Shown piece by piece: positions 1 through 8,733 of a stretch of 64,000 nt of DNA. Positions within the stretch are counted from its first letter, which is position 1. Each line of letters opens with the position of its first letter. The notes below the pieces were generated by a model that was not told the DNA's origin, did no database searches, and saw only the letters and a list, made by a program, of their open reading frames with translations. The position numbers and the translations under genes are program-made. The DNA is taken from assembly GCA_963830105.1 (NCBI GenBank), contig CAWHLH010000003.1, positions 771,931-835,930 on the forward strand, given 5' to 3'. The stretch is from an uncultured Gammaproteobacteria bacterium (GTDB lineage: Bacteria; Pseudomonadota; Gammaproteobacteria; DATFLG01).

Positions 1-720
1 TCTGATCGATCTCGCCGTCCGCATCGTTCTCCCCCGGAATCAGCAAAGTGGTCAACTCGAACCAGACCCGCGTCTCGTGCTTGAGGTACTCCAGGGTGTC
101 CAGCACGGGCTGAAGGTGCCCGCCGCACAGCTTCCAGTAGAAGCTGTCGGTGAACCCCTTCAGATCGACATTGGCGGCATCCATGTACTGGAAGAACTCA
201 CGGCGCGGCTCCTCGGCGATATACCCAGCGGTGACGGCCACCGACCGGATGCCGTACTCCCGGCACGCCTTGGCGACATCAACGGCATATTCGAGGAATA
301 TCACCGGATCGTTGTAGGTGTAGGCCACACTGCGACAGCCCAGCTGATGGGCGACCCGGGCGATCTTCTCGGGCGATGCCTGGTCGGCCAGGGTGTCGAT
401 TTCCCGCGATTTGCTGATGTCCCAGTTCTGGCAGAACTTGCAGGCCAGATTGCAGCCCGCAGTACCGAAGGACAGGATCGGCGTGCCGGGCAGGAAATGA
501 TTCAGCGGCTTCTTTTCGATCGGATCCACGCAAAACCCGCTGGACCGCCCGTAGGTGGTCAATACGACCTTGCCGCCCTCATTGCCGCGCACGAAGCACA
601 GCCCGCGCTGGCCCTCATGAAGCTTGCAATAGCGCGGACACACGTCGCACTGCACCCGCCCGTCCTCGAGCGTATGCCAGTAGCGGGTGGGGAAGGCGGA
701 ATCGAATACGGGATCGGACA
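1..720 (-). CDS. AmmeMemoRadiSam-system radical SAM enzyme (partial; C-terminus lies before window start)
   Basis: Minus-strand translation reads VSDPVFDSAFPTRYWHTLEDGRVQCDVCPRYCKLHEGQRGLCFVRGNEGGKVVLTTYGRSSGFCVDPIEKKPLNHF... The CDVCPRYCKL / GLCFVRGN Cys motifs match the PFL-activase-like radical SAM partner of MEMO1/AMMECR1. GTG start at 720 (in-frame alternatives at 726, 741, 744; stop at 757-759). Absent from the ORF track because it runs off the window edge. Divergent from the MEMO1 gene. Confidence 0.7.
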
Positions 721-918
721 CTGGCACTGCACTCCCGGGCACCACGGCCCGGCCTGCTCACGGGTATATCCATAGACATGTAGCCAAATTGGCAAACTTC
801 AAGGGCGCACAGGGCGGCCAGACTTGATTTCGGACGGTTCGGAACCCATCTACACTTCAGGGGCATTTCCGCATCGTCCTCTCGTTGATGCAACGGCGGA
901 AAATGGAGGATTGCTGCC

Positions 919-1704
919 ATGAGTACAGTGCGCGAACCCGCTGTCGCCGGGCTGTTCTATCCGGCCGACCCGGACGAGCTGCGGGCCATGGTGGACGGCT
1001 TTCTGGCGGCCGCCGACGCCAGCGGGCCGGCGCCCAAAGCGCTGGTGGTACCCCACGCCGGCTACGTCTATTCCGGCCCGGTAGCCGCGTCCGGATACGC
1101 CCGTCTTGCGGGAGCGCGCAGCACGATCCGGCGGGTGGTATTGCTCGGGCCGGCCCACCGGGTCGGTTTCCGGGGGCTGGCGGCCAGCAGCGCCAAGCAG
1201 TTCGCGACGCCCTTGGGAAGCATTCCCGTGGACCGCGCCGCCGTCGAAGACATTCTGTCGCTGCCCCAGGTGCACAGCCTGGACGAGGCCCACGCCCAGG
1301 AGCACAGCCTGGAAGTCCATCTGCCGTTTCTGCAAGCGTGCCTGCAGGAGTTCACGCTGGTGCCGCTGGTGGTGGGCGATGCCACCGCGCAGGAAGTGGA
1401 CGAGGTGTTGGAACGGCTCTGGGGCGGTCCGGAAACACTGGTGGTAATCAGCTCGGATCTCAGCCACTACCACGATTACGATAGCGCCCGACGGCTGGAC
1501 ACCGCGACCTCCCGTGCCATCGAGGCCTTGCGTCCCCAGGACATCCACTACGAACAGGCCTGCGGGCGCAACCCGATCAGCGGCCTGCTGGTGGCGGCGC
1601 GCAAACATGGTCTGCATGGCAAAACGGTCGATCTGCGCAACTCGGGGGACACGGCCGGCGGGCGCGACCAGGTGGTGGGCTACGGCGCCTATGTGTTCAA
1701 CTGA
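919..1704 (+). CDS. MEMO1-family protein (AmmeMemoRadiSam system protein B)
   Basis: ORF starts MSTVREPAVAGLFYPADPDELRAMVDGFLAAAD with later HAGYVYSGPVAA and HLPF motifs typical of the MEMO1/AmmeMemoRadiSam B family. GGAGGA RBS at 905-910. Confidence 0.85.
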   Translation: MSTVREPAVAGLFYPADPDELRAMVDGFLAAADASGPAPKALVVPHAGYVYSGPVAASGYARLAGARSTIRRVVLLGPAHRVGFRGLAASSAKQFATPLGSIPVDRAAVEDILSLPQVHSLDEAHAQEHSLEVHLPFLQACLQEFTLVPLVVGDATAQEVDEVLERLWGGPETLVVISSDLSHYHDYDSARRLDTATSRAIEALRPQDIHYEQACGRNPISGLLVAARKHGLHGKTVDLRNSGDTAGGRDQVVGYGAYVFN

Positions 1705-2284
1705 CACGTCCCCGATACTGCCGGGCGCGGAGCGCAAGAGCCTGCTGGAGGTGGCCATCGCCTCCATTCGCCACGGACTGACCGACGGCCGGCCGCTGAC
1801 CCCGGATCCGGCGCACTTTCCGTCACCTCTGGCCGTCCCGCGAGCGACCTTCGTCACTTTGCACGCGGATGGCGAACTGCGCGGCTGCATAGGCGCGCTG
1901 GAGGCGGTCCGCCCGTTGGTGCAGGACGTGGCTTACAACGCCTATGCGGCGGCCTTCGAAGACCCCCGCTTCGCGCCGTTACGCCCGGGCGAAGTCGACC
2001 GTATTACGGTCGATATTTCCATACTCGGGCAGGCGGAGCCCGTCAGCGCCGCATCGGAAGCCGATCTTATACGCCAACTGCGCCCCGGGGTGGACGGGCT
2101 GATTATCGCCGAGGGTGCGCAGCGCGGCACTTTCCTGCCGTCCGTCTGGGAATCCCTGCCACAGCCCCGGGAATTCGTGCAGTATCTCAAACGCAAGGCC
2201 GGCCTGCCTTCGGACTACTGGTCGAACACCCTGAAGATCTGGCGCTATACCACAGAGTCGTTCGGCACCCGTGACGCGGGCTAG
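1691..2284 (+). CDS. AMMECR1-domain protein (AmmeMemoRadiSam system protein A)
   Basis: From the ATG at 1691 the frame reads MCSTDTSPILPGAERKSLLEVAIASIRHGL...TFVTLHADGELRGCIGALEAVRPL...GTFLPSVWE, the AMMECR1 signature (LRGCIG, TFLPQVW-like). The longer track ORF from 1514 is a frame extension overlapping MEMO1. The start overlaps the MEMO1 stop by 14 nt. Confidence 0.8.
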   Translation: MCSTDTSPILPGAERKSLLEVAIASIRHGLTDGRPLTPDPAHFPSPLAVPRATFVTLHADGELRGCIGALEAVRPLVQDVAYNAYAAAFEDPRFAPLRPGEVDRITVDISILGQAEPVSAASEADLIRQLRPGVDGLIIAEGAQRGTFLPSVWESLPQPREFVQYLKRKAGLPSDYWSNTLKIWRYTTESFGTRDAG

Positions 2285-2291
2285 TGGTCCA

Positions 2292-3260
2292 TCACGGCTT
2301 GGGCGCAGCCCGCCCGGCCGCGCGCGCGCCGCTGGGCAGGCAGCGCCCGACCGAGCCATCCGCACAAATGGTCCCGTCCACCCAGATGGCGTGGTCCAGG
2401 CGGGCACCGCGAAGCCGGACACCGGCCAGCTTGGCGCCCTGCAGAACGGCATAGGAAAGATCCGCTTTATCGAGACGGGCGCCGCGCAGATCGGTGTTGC
2501 GCAGACCGGCACCGGTGAGCCGTGCATCGCTGAGATCGGCGCCTCGCAGGTCGGCAATGCTGAGGGTGGCGTAGGCAAGATCCGCCCCGTGCAGATGCGC
2601 ACCGCGCAGGTCGGCGCCCGTGAGGTCCATGCTGTACATATGGGCTGCCAGCAGATTGGAGCCCGGCGCACGAAGACCGGGGCGGTGACAGTTGTTCCAG
2701 TCGACACCCGGCCCGGGTGCAGCCGAACACTGAACCTTGCCCGGGGGCGCAGACGGCGTATAGCGCGCGAACACTACGGTAAGGGCAAGCACCAGTGCGG
2801 CCAGTATCAGTACCACCCGCGGATCCGCTCGGACATCGCCGCCATGGCCCTCGGTCAATTGGCTCCGGACACGGCGATGGCGCACCATGGAGTCCGATTC
2901 CGGCGCGCGCCGGTCGCTGCGGCGGCGCCGTTCATGCACTTCCCCGTCGGGCCGGCTGCCGCGGCGTTCGACGCCACGGCGTTCGTCCTCGCGCATGCGT
3001 GCCAACAACAACCGTTGACGCCCTTCCTCGGAATCCACGTCCAACATTTCCGGCGGCAGCAGCTCGGGGTGATCGGCAACGGGCCGCCACAACACGGCAT
3101 CCTGGCTGATCTCGTCGGTGTCGCGGATACGGCCCAGCAGAATGTAGCGGCCGATCTGGCCGGCGGGATACGGTCCCCGCACCTCGCCCTCGCGGCGCGT
3201 ATACCACAAGACCTTTTCGATCGCTTCGCCTTTCATCTCGCCCCGTCCGTCCTCAGGCAT
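2292..3260 (-). CDS. Membrane protein with N-terminal GYF_2/DUF4339-like domain, one TM helix and C-terminal pentapeptide repeats
   Basis: VLWYTRREGEVRGPYPAGQIGRYILLGRIRDTDEISQDAVLWRPVADHPELLP resembles the GYF_2 domain. A hydrophobic stretch VVLILAALVLALTVVFA follows, then tandem A(D/N)L-x-x pentapeptides (ADLRGAHLHGADLAYATLSIADLRGADLSDARLTGAGLRNTDLRGARLDKADLSYAVLQGAKLAGVRLRGARL). Confidence 0.7.
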   Translation of the reverse strand: MPEDGRGEMKGEAIEKVLWYTRREGEVRGPYPAGQIGRYILLGRIRDTDEISQDAVLWRPVADHPELLPPEMLDVDSEEGRQRLLLARMREDERRGVERRGSRPDGEVHERRRRSDRRAPESDSMVRHRRVRSQLTEGHGGDVRADPRVVLILAALVLALTVVFARYTPSAPPGKVQCSAAPGPGVDWNNCHRPGLRAPGSNLLAAHMYSMDLTGADLRGAHLHGADLAYATLSIADLRGADLSDARLTGAGLRNTDLRGARLDKADLSYAVLQGAKLAGVRLRGARLDHAIWVDGTICADGSVGRCLPSGARAAGRAAPKP

Positions 3261-3323
3261 TTCACTGGGTAAGTCTTTGCGGCACTATAGACTTGTCAAC
3301 GCCGGCCCGGACTGCATATCGCG

Positions 3324-4664
3324 ATGAAGCCCACGGTTCCGCTCCCGCCACTGGTGTCCCTGACGCTGACCCGTCCGCTCGCGACCATCCAGTCCTGGCG
3401 CATCGGGCAGGTGCTGCGCGCGATCGCCCTGACCGCTGCCACGGACGGACATGCCCGACTGCGCATCGGCACCCAGACCGTGCAGGCCCAAACCACCACG
3501 CCCGTTCAGGCCGGCCAGCGGCTCGAACTGCAGGTGATCAAACTCGGACCGCAGCCGGTTCTGCGATTGCTGACGCCCCAGGGCTCAGATCCGGTCACCG
3601 CCGCCATTCGCCGCGTTCTGCCTCGCCAGGCACCGGCGGGTCCCCTACTGGCCAATCTGGCAAAGCTGACCCTCGCCGAGCGCCCGCCGCTGCCGGCCGA
3701 GGTGCTGCAGCGTGTGCAGGAACTGCTCGCCAACCTGCCGCGGGCCCGCGACACTGTGACCGCAGACCAGCTGCGCAGCGCAGTCCGTTCCAGCGGCCTT
3801 TTCCTGGAAGCCCGGCTTGTGCGCGACCCCCCCAAGCCGGGCGCGTTGGCCGTGGACCTGAAAGCCAATCTGCTGCGTCTGATGGCGGTCTTGCGCGATT
3901 GGCCCGGCATCAGATCGCGCCCCCAGCAGAGCCAGAGCCCATTGCCGCCCCGTGCGCCTGTCCCCCCACGCACCGCTGCGCCGGCCGAACCGCCGTCCCC
4001 CGGCCGGACTGCCCCACCGCCGGCCGGGGGCAAAGCCACCGGTGCCACGGCCGAACCGGCGCCTGCCGCAACGGCCCGCTCGGCAGCGACCCCGGCAGCA
4101 CCGCCACCCCTGCGCGGGGTCGATCCCAGGCCGCAGCCACCGGCCGTCGCGACCCTGGCGCAGTTGAACGATCCCGGCGATCCCGCTGCCACCCGGTCGA
4201 CCCTTCATCGCCAGGTCGAAGGGGCCGTGGCGCGTCTGCAGCTCAACCAACTGGCGTCCGTATCCCGTTCCGACTCTCAAGCCGCGGAGTGGCTCATGGA
4301 ACTGCCCATGCAGGGCGAAAACGGGCGATTCGACGTATGGAGCCTGCGTATCCACCGGGAAGACCCGGACCGGCAAGGCCGGGGGTCCCAACAGAGAGCA
4401 CCCAGATGGTCGGTCACCCTCGCCTTCGATCTGCCGACTCTGGGGCCGGTGCAGGCGCGGGTCAGCGTTGGTGGCGATACAGTGTCAACAGTGTTCTGGG
4501 CGGAGCGGCCATCGACCCATGCCGTGTTCGAACGCCACTTGCAGGATCTGCGCGATCGCTTGGAGCATGCCGGGCTGGCGGTGGACCGTGTCACCTGCCA
4601 GCAGGGTCTGCCGGCATCGGTCCGACCGGCCCCCGGGCAGGGGTTGTTGGATGAAAGCGTATGA
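3324..4664 (+). CDS. FliK-family (flagellar hook-length control-like) protein, second copy
   Basis: Pro/Ala-rich central region. The C-terminal segment RFDVWSLRIHREDPDRQGRGSQQRAPRWSVTLAFDLPTLGPVQARVSVGGDTVSTVFWAERPSTHAVFERHLQDLRDRLEHAGLAVDRVTCQQG matches the Flg_hook (FliK C-terminal) pattern L.P..LGpV...v.v......F.a......a....l..Lr..L...Gl.v..v. Confidence 0.6.
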   Translation: MKPTVPLPPLVSLTLTRPLATIQSWRIGQVLRAIALTAATDGHARLRIGTQTVQAQTTTPVQAGQRLELQVIKLGPQPVLRLLTPQGSDPVTAAIRRVLPRQAPAGPLLANLAKLTLAERPPLPAEVLQRVQELLANLPRARDTVTADQLRSAVRSSGLFLEARLVRDPPKPGALAVDLKANLLRLMAVLRDWPGIRSRPQQSQSPLPPRAPVPPRTAAPAEPPSPGRTAPPPAGGKATGATAEPAPAATARSAATPAAPPPLRGVDPRPQPPAVATLAQLNDPGDPAATRSTLHRQVEGAVARLQLNQLASVSRSDSQAAEWLMELPMQGENGRFDVWSLRIHREDPDRQGRGSQQRAPRWSVTLAFDLPTLGPVQARVSVGGDTVSTVFWAERPSTHAVFERHLQDLRDRLEHAGLAVDRVTCQQGLPASVRPAPGQGLLDESV

Positions 4665-4945
4665 GCAAGAAACGCGGCCCTAATAAGCCCCCGGTCGCCG
4701 TTGCGCTGCACTATGACGGGAAGAACGCGCCCACTGTCACGGCCAAGGGCAAAGGCGAGGTTGCCGAACGTATCGCGGAACTGGCGCGTGAACACGATGT
4801 TCCCCTCCACGAAGACCCCCAGTTGGCCGCCCTGCTTGCGCGTGTGGAACTGGGCGACGAAATTCCGGAAGCGCTCTACCGGACAGTCGCCGAAGTGATC
4901 GCCTTCGCGTACCTGCTGAGCGGCAAATACCCGCCGCCAGGCTGA
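4661..4945 (+). CDS. Free-standing FlhB/YscU C-terminal-domain protein (COG2257-like, no TM export-gate domain)
   Basis: The 94-aa product MSKKRGPNKPPVAVALHYDGKNAPTVTAKGKGEVAERIAELAREHDVPLHEDPQLAALLARVELGDEIPEALYRTVAEVIAFAYLL aligns by eye to the cytoplasmic C-terminal domain of FlhB (ALxYD...P.V.AKG.G..A..I...A.e..VPi.ed..LAr.L) but with NAPTV in place of the NPTH autocleavage motif. Start overlaps the upstream FliK-like stop (ATGA). Confidence 0.7.
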   Translation: MSKKRGPNKPPVAVALHYDGKNAPTVTAKGKGEVAERIAELAREHDVPLHEDPQLAALLARVELGDEIPEALYRTVAEVIAFAYLLSGKYPPPG

Positions 4946-4952
4946 CCCGCCG

Positions 4953-5384
4953 TCAACTGGCGCGCGCCACCCCGTGCAGCATGACGATGAGATCGGCCTC
5001 GCCGCGGGTCAATCCGCAGCTCGCAATCAGTTCGTCCACACCGGCTCCGCCCTGTACCAGGCGGATGGCCTGTCCGTAGTGGCGGTCCGCCCCTGCACGC
5101 AGCTCGAGCTGGTCATGGCGCTCGGTAAGACGACGCACCAGGTCTTCGATCCGCACCAGCCGTTCGCCAACGCCGTTAGCCGCGCTGCACAGCGCAGCGA
5201 CGTCTTTTTCCAGCCGCTGCACATCGTCCAGACGCCGGCGCTCGCGGACCCGCTGGCGCCGCAGCGCCAGCCATAGCAGCAGCTGCAAGGCGAACAATAC
5301 GGCGCCTGCAACCACCAGCGCAGCGTCATGGAAACTCGTAAGAGCGGTCAGGTCAGGCATATTCATCGATATGAGGCTCGCCAT
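4953..5384 (-). CDS. DUF2802-family protein (flagellar-locus associated, N-terminal TM helix)
   Basis: N-terminal hydrophobic helix AALVVAGAVLFALQLLLWLAL then a coiled-coil-like charged region. Sits at the end of the che cluster after cheW, as DUF2802 genes do in Pseudomonas-type loci. Start may be at an internal Met. Confidence 0.6.
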   Translation of the reverse strand: MASLISMNMPDLTALTSFHDAALVVAGAVLFALQLLLWLALRRQRVRERRRLDDVQRLEKDVAALCSAANGVGERLVRIEDLVRRLTERHDQLELRAGADRHYGQAIRLVQGGAGVDELIASCGLTRGEADLIVMLHGVARAS

Positions 5385-5538
5385 CCTCGAGCGGTTCCGA
5401 ATCCTTGTTCTCGGGCTGCCGCCGCTTGCCGCGCTCCCTGCGCGGCTCGCCGCCGGACGGCGAAGGGCGCGTCGGCCGTGTCGGCCAAACGGGACTCAGC
5501 GGTCCGATGTCGCCGGGCGCGGCCACCTGAGCGCATCC

Positions 5539-6015
5539 CTACAAGGCTGCAAGCTCCGACCATTCTTCATCGGTCAGCAGCTTGTGGAGGTCGACCAGAA
5601 TGAGCAGTTCACCGTCGCGGCTGGCCACCCCCTGTATGTACTTGGAACTCTCGTCGTTGCCCACATTGGGCGCGGATTCGACTTCCGACATGCGCAGATC
5701 GACCACTTCAGCCACACTGTCCACCCGGATCCCGACCACCTGATTGTCGCTCTCGATGATCACGATACGGCTGGAGTCGTCCACCTCCCGAGGCATGAGA
5801 CCGAGGCGTTTGCGGGTATCGATCACCGTCACCACGTTGCCACGCAGGTTGATGATGCCGAGCACGTAGTCCGGCGCTCCCGGGACAGGCGCGATATCGG
5901 CGACTCGCAGCACCTCGCGGATCTGCATCACGTTGATGCCATAGGACTCATCGTCCAGTCGGAAAGTCACGCACTGGACCGCCGAGTCATCGGTATTCTG
6001 GGCTGTCTGGGTCAT
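5539..6015 (-). CDS. cheW: Chemotaxis coupling protein CheW
   Basis: 158 aa. VQCVTFRLDDESYGINVMQIREVLRVADIAPVPGAPDYVLGIINLRGNVVTVIDTRKRLGL is a canonical CheW domain. Confidence 0.9.
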   Translation of the reverse strand: MTQTAQNTDDSAVQCVTFRLDDESYGINVMQIREVLRVADIAPVPGAPDYVLGIINLRGNVVTVIDTRKRLGLMPREVDDSSRIVIIESDNQVVGIRVDSVAEVVDLRMSEVESAPNVGNDESSKYIQGVASRDGELLILVDLHKLLTDEEWSELAAL

Positions 6016-6125
6016 GGTCTGCCTCTGAGCTCTGTGTCGTACTGCAGGCGGCGAACGGACCGACCGTCAAGGATCAGCCGCGCACGTCCCTGCCCTGATA
6101 ATCAAGCACTAATCATGCCAATGGC

Positions 6126-6821
6126 TCAGCGCTGATGGTCGCGCTCGCCCCATTCCAGCACCTGGGCGAAGGCGTCGGCATCCAGCAAAGCGCACATGTG
6201 GGCGATGACCGTACCGGCCAGCCACGGCCGTTTGCCGTTGGCGCTGCGCCACTTGACCGCATCGGGTTCCAACTGCATCACCTCATCGACCTTGTCGCAG
6301 GCCAGCCCCCACTGGCCGTCACCGATCAGCACGATATTCTGAAAGCGCCCGGGATCGGCCCCGGGCGCCGGCGCCTGACGCCTGTCCGGCGGCAGCACAT
6401 GCCAGGCGGTGTCGATGATCTTGATCTGGCGGCCCTGATGGTAGAGCAACCCGAGAAACCATGGGGCATGGCCCGGCATCGGGCTCACCCCGTCGGCGGG
6501 CCACGGCAACACGCCGTTGAGCCGCTGCAGGGAAACCGCGAGCGTGAGGCCGGCAACCTGAAAGCGCAGGCACGGGAAACGACTCCGGGCCCATTGGCGC
6601 GGTGCCGCCGCGGGCACCGGCGCGGGGCATTCCTCGAGCACGGACGGGTCCTGTGTCCGCACCGGCTCGCCCGCGCCGGCCTCCTGCTCTGCCGGCTTCT
6701 GCGCGCACTCGGCAGATTCGGGCGCCTCGGCGGGCACGCATAGCAGCGACTCGAGATAGGCGCCCAGCGCCAGTTGCTGGTCCAGCAGCACCAGCGGCCG
6801 CTCTTTGGTATCCGTGCTCAT
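6126..6821 (-). CDS. CheW-like-domain protein (ParP-like array-localisation partner)
   Basis: C-terminal half RFPCLRFQVAGLTLAVSLQRLNGVLPWPADGVSPMPGHAPWFLGLLYHQGRQIKIIDTAWHVL is CheW-like. The N-terminal half is Pro/Ala-rich. Lies between a ParA-like ATPase and cheW as in ParC-ParP-CheW loci. Confidence 0.6.
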   Translation of the reverse strand: MSTDTKERPLVLLDQQLALGAYLESLLCVPAEAPESAECAQKPAEQEAGAGEPVRTQDPSVLEECPAPVPAAAPRQWARSRFPCLRFQVAGLTLAVSLQRLNGVLPWPADGVSPMPGHAPWFLGLLYHQGRQIKIIDTAWHVLPPDRRQAPAPGADPGRFQNIVLIGDGQWGLACDKVDEVMQLEPDAVKWRSANGKRPWLAGTVIAHMCALLDADAFAQVLEWGERDHQR

Positions 6822-7618
6822 GTCGCTACCGCCTCCTGTGCCGGCGTCGGCTGCGCACTGAACAGTGACTCCAGGAGCTGGCTGTAGGCCAGCGCCCCGC
6901 GCGAGCGGGGCTGGTAGAGGGACAGGGGCGTACCGGACCTGCTCGCCTCGCGGAACTGGGTATCCACCGGAATCACGCCGGTCCAGACATCGCTGCCATA
7001 ACGCTCGCGCACGGCACGCAGGCTATCCACCGATGCGCGCGTGCGCCGGTCGAACAGGGTGGGGACGATCGTGTATCGCACCTGGGTACGGCGTGCGCGC
7101 TGAATCATGTCCAGGGTATGCACCATCCGCTCCAGACCCTTGAGAGCGAGAAACTCCGTCTGCACCGGTATCAGCAAACGGTCGCAGGCGGCCAGCGCGT
7201 TGACCATCAGCACGCCAAGCATGGGTGGGCAGTCGATGAATGCGAACTCGAATCGCCCCTGCAGTTTCTGCAGGGTGCGCGACAGCACCAGTCCCATGCC
7301 CTCCTGAGTACCCAGTTGGCGATCCAGGGTCGCCAGCGCCGTGGACGCCGGCATGAAATACAGATGCTCCCAGGAGGTCGGCCGCAACAGTTCATCGTAA
7401 GCGCACTGGACACCGGCGGCCTGCGCCTCGAACAGGCTGTACACGCTGCTGCGGACGGTATCGGGATCCAGGCCGAAATAGGCGCTGAGTGAACCATGGG
7501 GATCCAGATCGACCAGCAGGGTCGGGTGGCCCTGAGCGGCAAGCAGACCGGCGAGAGTCACCGCCGTGGTGGTCTTGCCCACCCCGCCCTTCTGGTTGGC
7601 CACCGCCCACACGTTCAT
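6818..7618 (-). CDS. ParA/MinD-family ATPase (ParC-like, chemotaxis/flagellar locus)
   Basis: MNVWAVANQKGGVGKTTTAVTLAGLLAAQGHPTLLVDLDPHGSLSAYFG has a deviant Walker A motif (KGGVGKTT). Overlaps neighbouring genes by 4 nt at both ends. Confidence 0.8.
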   Translation of the reverse strand: MNVWAVANQKGGVGKTTTAVTLAGLLAAQGHPTLLVDLDPHGSLSAYFGLDPDTVRSSVYSLFEAQAAGVQCAYDELLRPTSWEHLYFMPASTALATLDRQLGTQEGMGLVLSRTLQKLQGRFEFAFIDCPPMLGVLMVNALAACDRLLIPVQTEFLALKGLERMVHTLDMIQRARRTQVRYTIVPTLFDRRTRASVDSLRAVRERYGSDVWTGVIPVDTQFREASRSGTPLSLYQPRSRGALAYSQLLESLFSAQPTPAQEAVAT

Positions 7619-8673
7619 GGCGCGGCTCCGGGAGAAGCGGCGGCGCTGCCGCTCGCGGCCGGCATCGAACCCGTGTCGGACGCCCCAGAATGCCCCTGCG
7701 GGCCGGACGATACCGTCTTGTTCGCCGCAGCCCCTGTCAGGGCCCCATCCAGAACGGTGGGGTCACCCGACACTTGGAGATCCTGGGGATCCTTGCCGGC
7801 GTATACCACCAGCACCACCCGGCGATTCTTGCTGCGCCCGGCAGCGGTGGAATTGTCGGCCACCGGGTGGTATTGCCCGTAACCGACAGCCGCCATGCGT
7901 TGCGGGGCAACGCCCGCATCGGTAAACAGGTGCACCACGGTGGCCGCCCGGCCCGCCGACAGCTCCCAGTTGGAGGGAAACGCCACGGTATCGATCGGCA
8001 CGTCGTCCGTGAACCCTTCCACATGGATGGGGTTGGGGAACGGCTCGAGAATCTTGGCGAGTTTCGCCAGCACCGGCCGGGCCGCCGGCGACAGCGTCGC
8101 GCTGCCGCTCGGGAACAGGATGCTGGTGTTGATCTCCACCTGCACCCAGGATTTGGCACTTCGGACTTTGATCAAGTCCTTGCTGATCAGGCCCGCCATG
8201 GCGTGTTCCACCCTGGCGGATATCTCTTTGACCGCGAGTTGTCCAGGCGACCCTGCGTGCTGACTAGCACCGGCCCGGCGGACCGCAGGGGCGCCGCTGC
8301 GCCCGTGAGTTTCCCCGTGGGCCTGAGCCAGTCCGTGCCGCCGCGTATCGCCCGCCCCGGTCTTCGGCCCCCGCTGGTGGACCGGCAGGGGCAGATTGAA
8401 GCTATGCACCATCTGCAGACGTCGATCGAGATTCGACTGCGGCTGAACGGGGCTGGTCAGCGGCTTGCCGATCTGGATGGGAGTGGGACTGCGGGGCGAG
8501 GCCCGGAAGGCAGCGACAAGGGAATTCGACAATACCCGGTATTTGCCCTCGTTGACCGAAGAGATCGAGTACATCACCACGAAGAACGCAAACAGCAGCG
8601 TGATGAAATCGGCGTACGAAACCAGCCAGCGTTCGTGGTTCTCGTGCTCCTCATGCTTTTTCTTGCGTGCCAT
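7615..8673 (-). CDS. motD: Flagellar stator protein MotD (MotB-like, OmpA-type peptidoglycan-binding domain)
   Basis: N-terminus MARKKKHEEHENHERWLVSYADFITLLFAFFVVMYSISS is a MotB plug/TM segment. C-terminal region VEINTSILFPSGSATLSPAARPVLAKLAKILEPFPNPIHVEGFTDDVPI...RRVVLVV is OmpA-like. The motC/motD naming is by position next to cheB-parC and could equally be motA/motB. Confidence 0.8.
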   Translation of the reverse strand: MARKKKHEEHENHERWLVSYADFITLLFAFFVVMYSISSVNEGKYRVLSNSLVAAFRASPRSPTPIQIGKPLTSPVQPQSNLDRRLQMVHSFNLPLPVHQRGPKTGAGDTRRHGLAQAHGETHGRSGAPAVRRAGASQHAGSPGQLAVKEISARVEHAMAGLISKDLIKVRSAKSWVQVEINTSILFPSGSATLSPAARPVLAKLAKILEPFPNPIHVEGFTDDVPIDTVAFPSNWELSAGRAATVVHLFTDAGVAPQRMAAVGYGQYHPVADNSTAAGRSKNRRVVLVVYAGKDPQDLQVSGDPTVLDGALTGAAANKTVSSGPQGHSGASDTGSMPAASGSAAASPGAAP

Positions 8674-8733
8674 AATCGCAAGTACCCCATGGACTGTCTT
8701 TGCGACCAGCCGCGCCCGAACTGGCAGCGCCGG

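Noticed and set aside
77-775. 232-aa plus-strand ORF at the window start
   Set aside because: It is antisense to the minus-strand frame, which translates into a clean radical SAM protein (CDVCPRYCKL…) paired with MEMO1/AMMECR1. The plus ORF has no motifs and no RBS.
3261-3323. Possible sigma70-like TTGTCA…ATATCG in the divergent region before the FliK-like gene
   Set aside because: The -10 candidate is weak and ends only 4 nt before the ATG. The promoter cannot be called from sequence alone.
3293-4654. 453-aa alternative-frame ORF overlapping the FliK-like gene
   Set aside because: Same strand but a different frame. Its product is an Arg/Pro/Ala low-complexity artefact. The 3324-4664 frame carries the Flg_hook domain.
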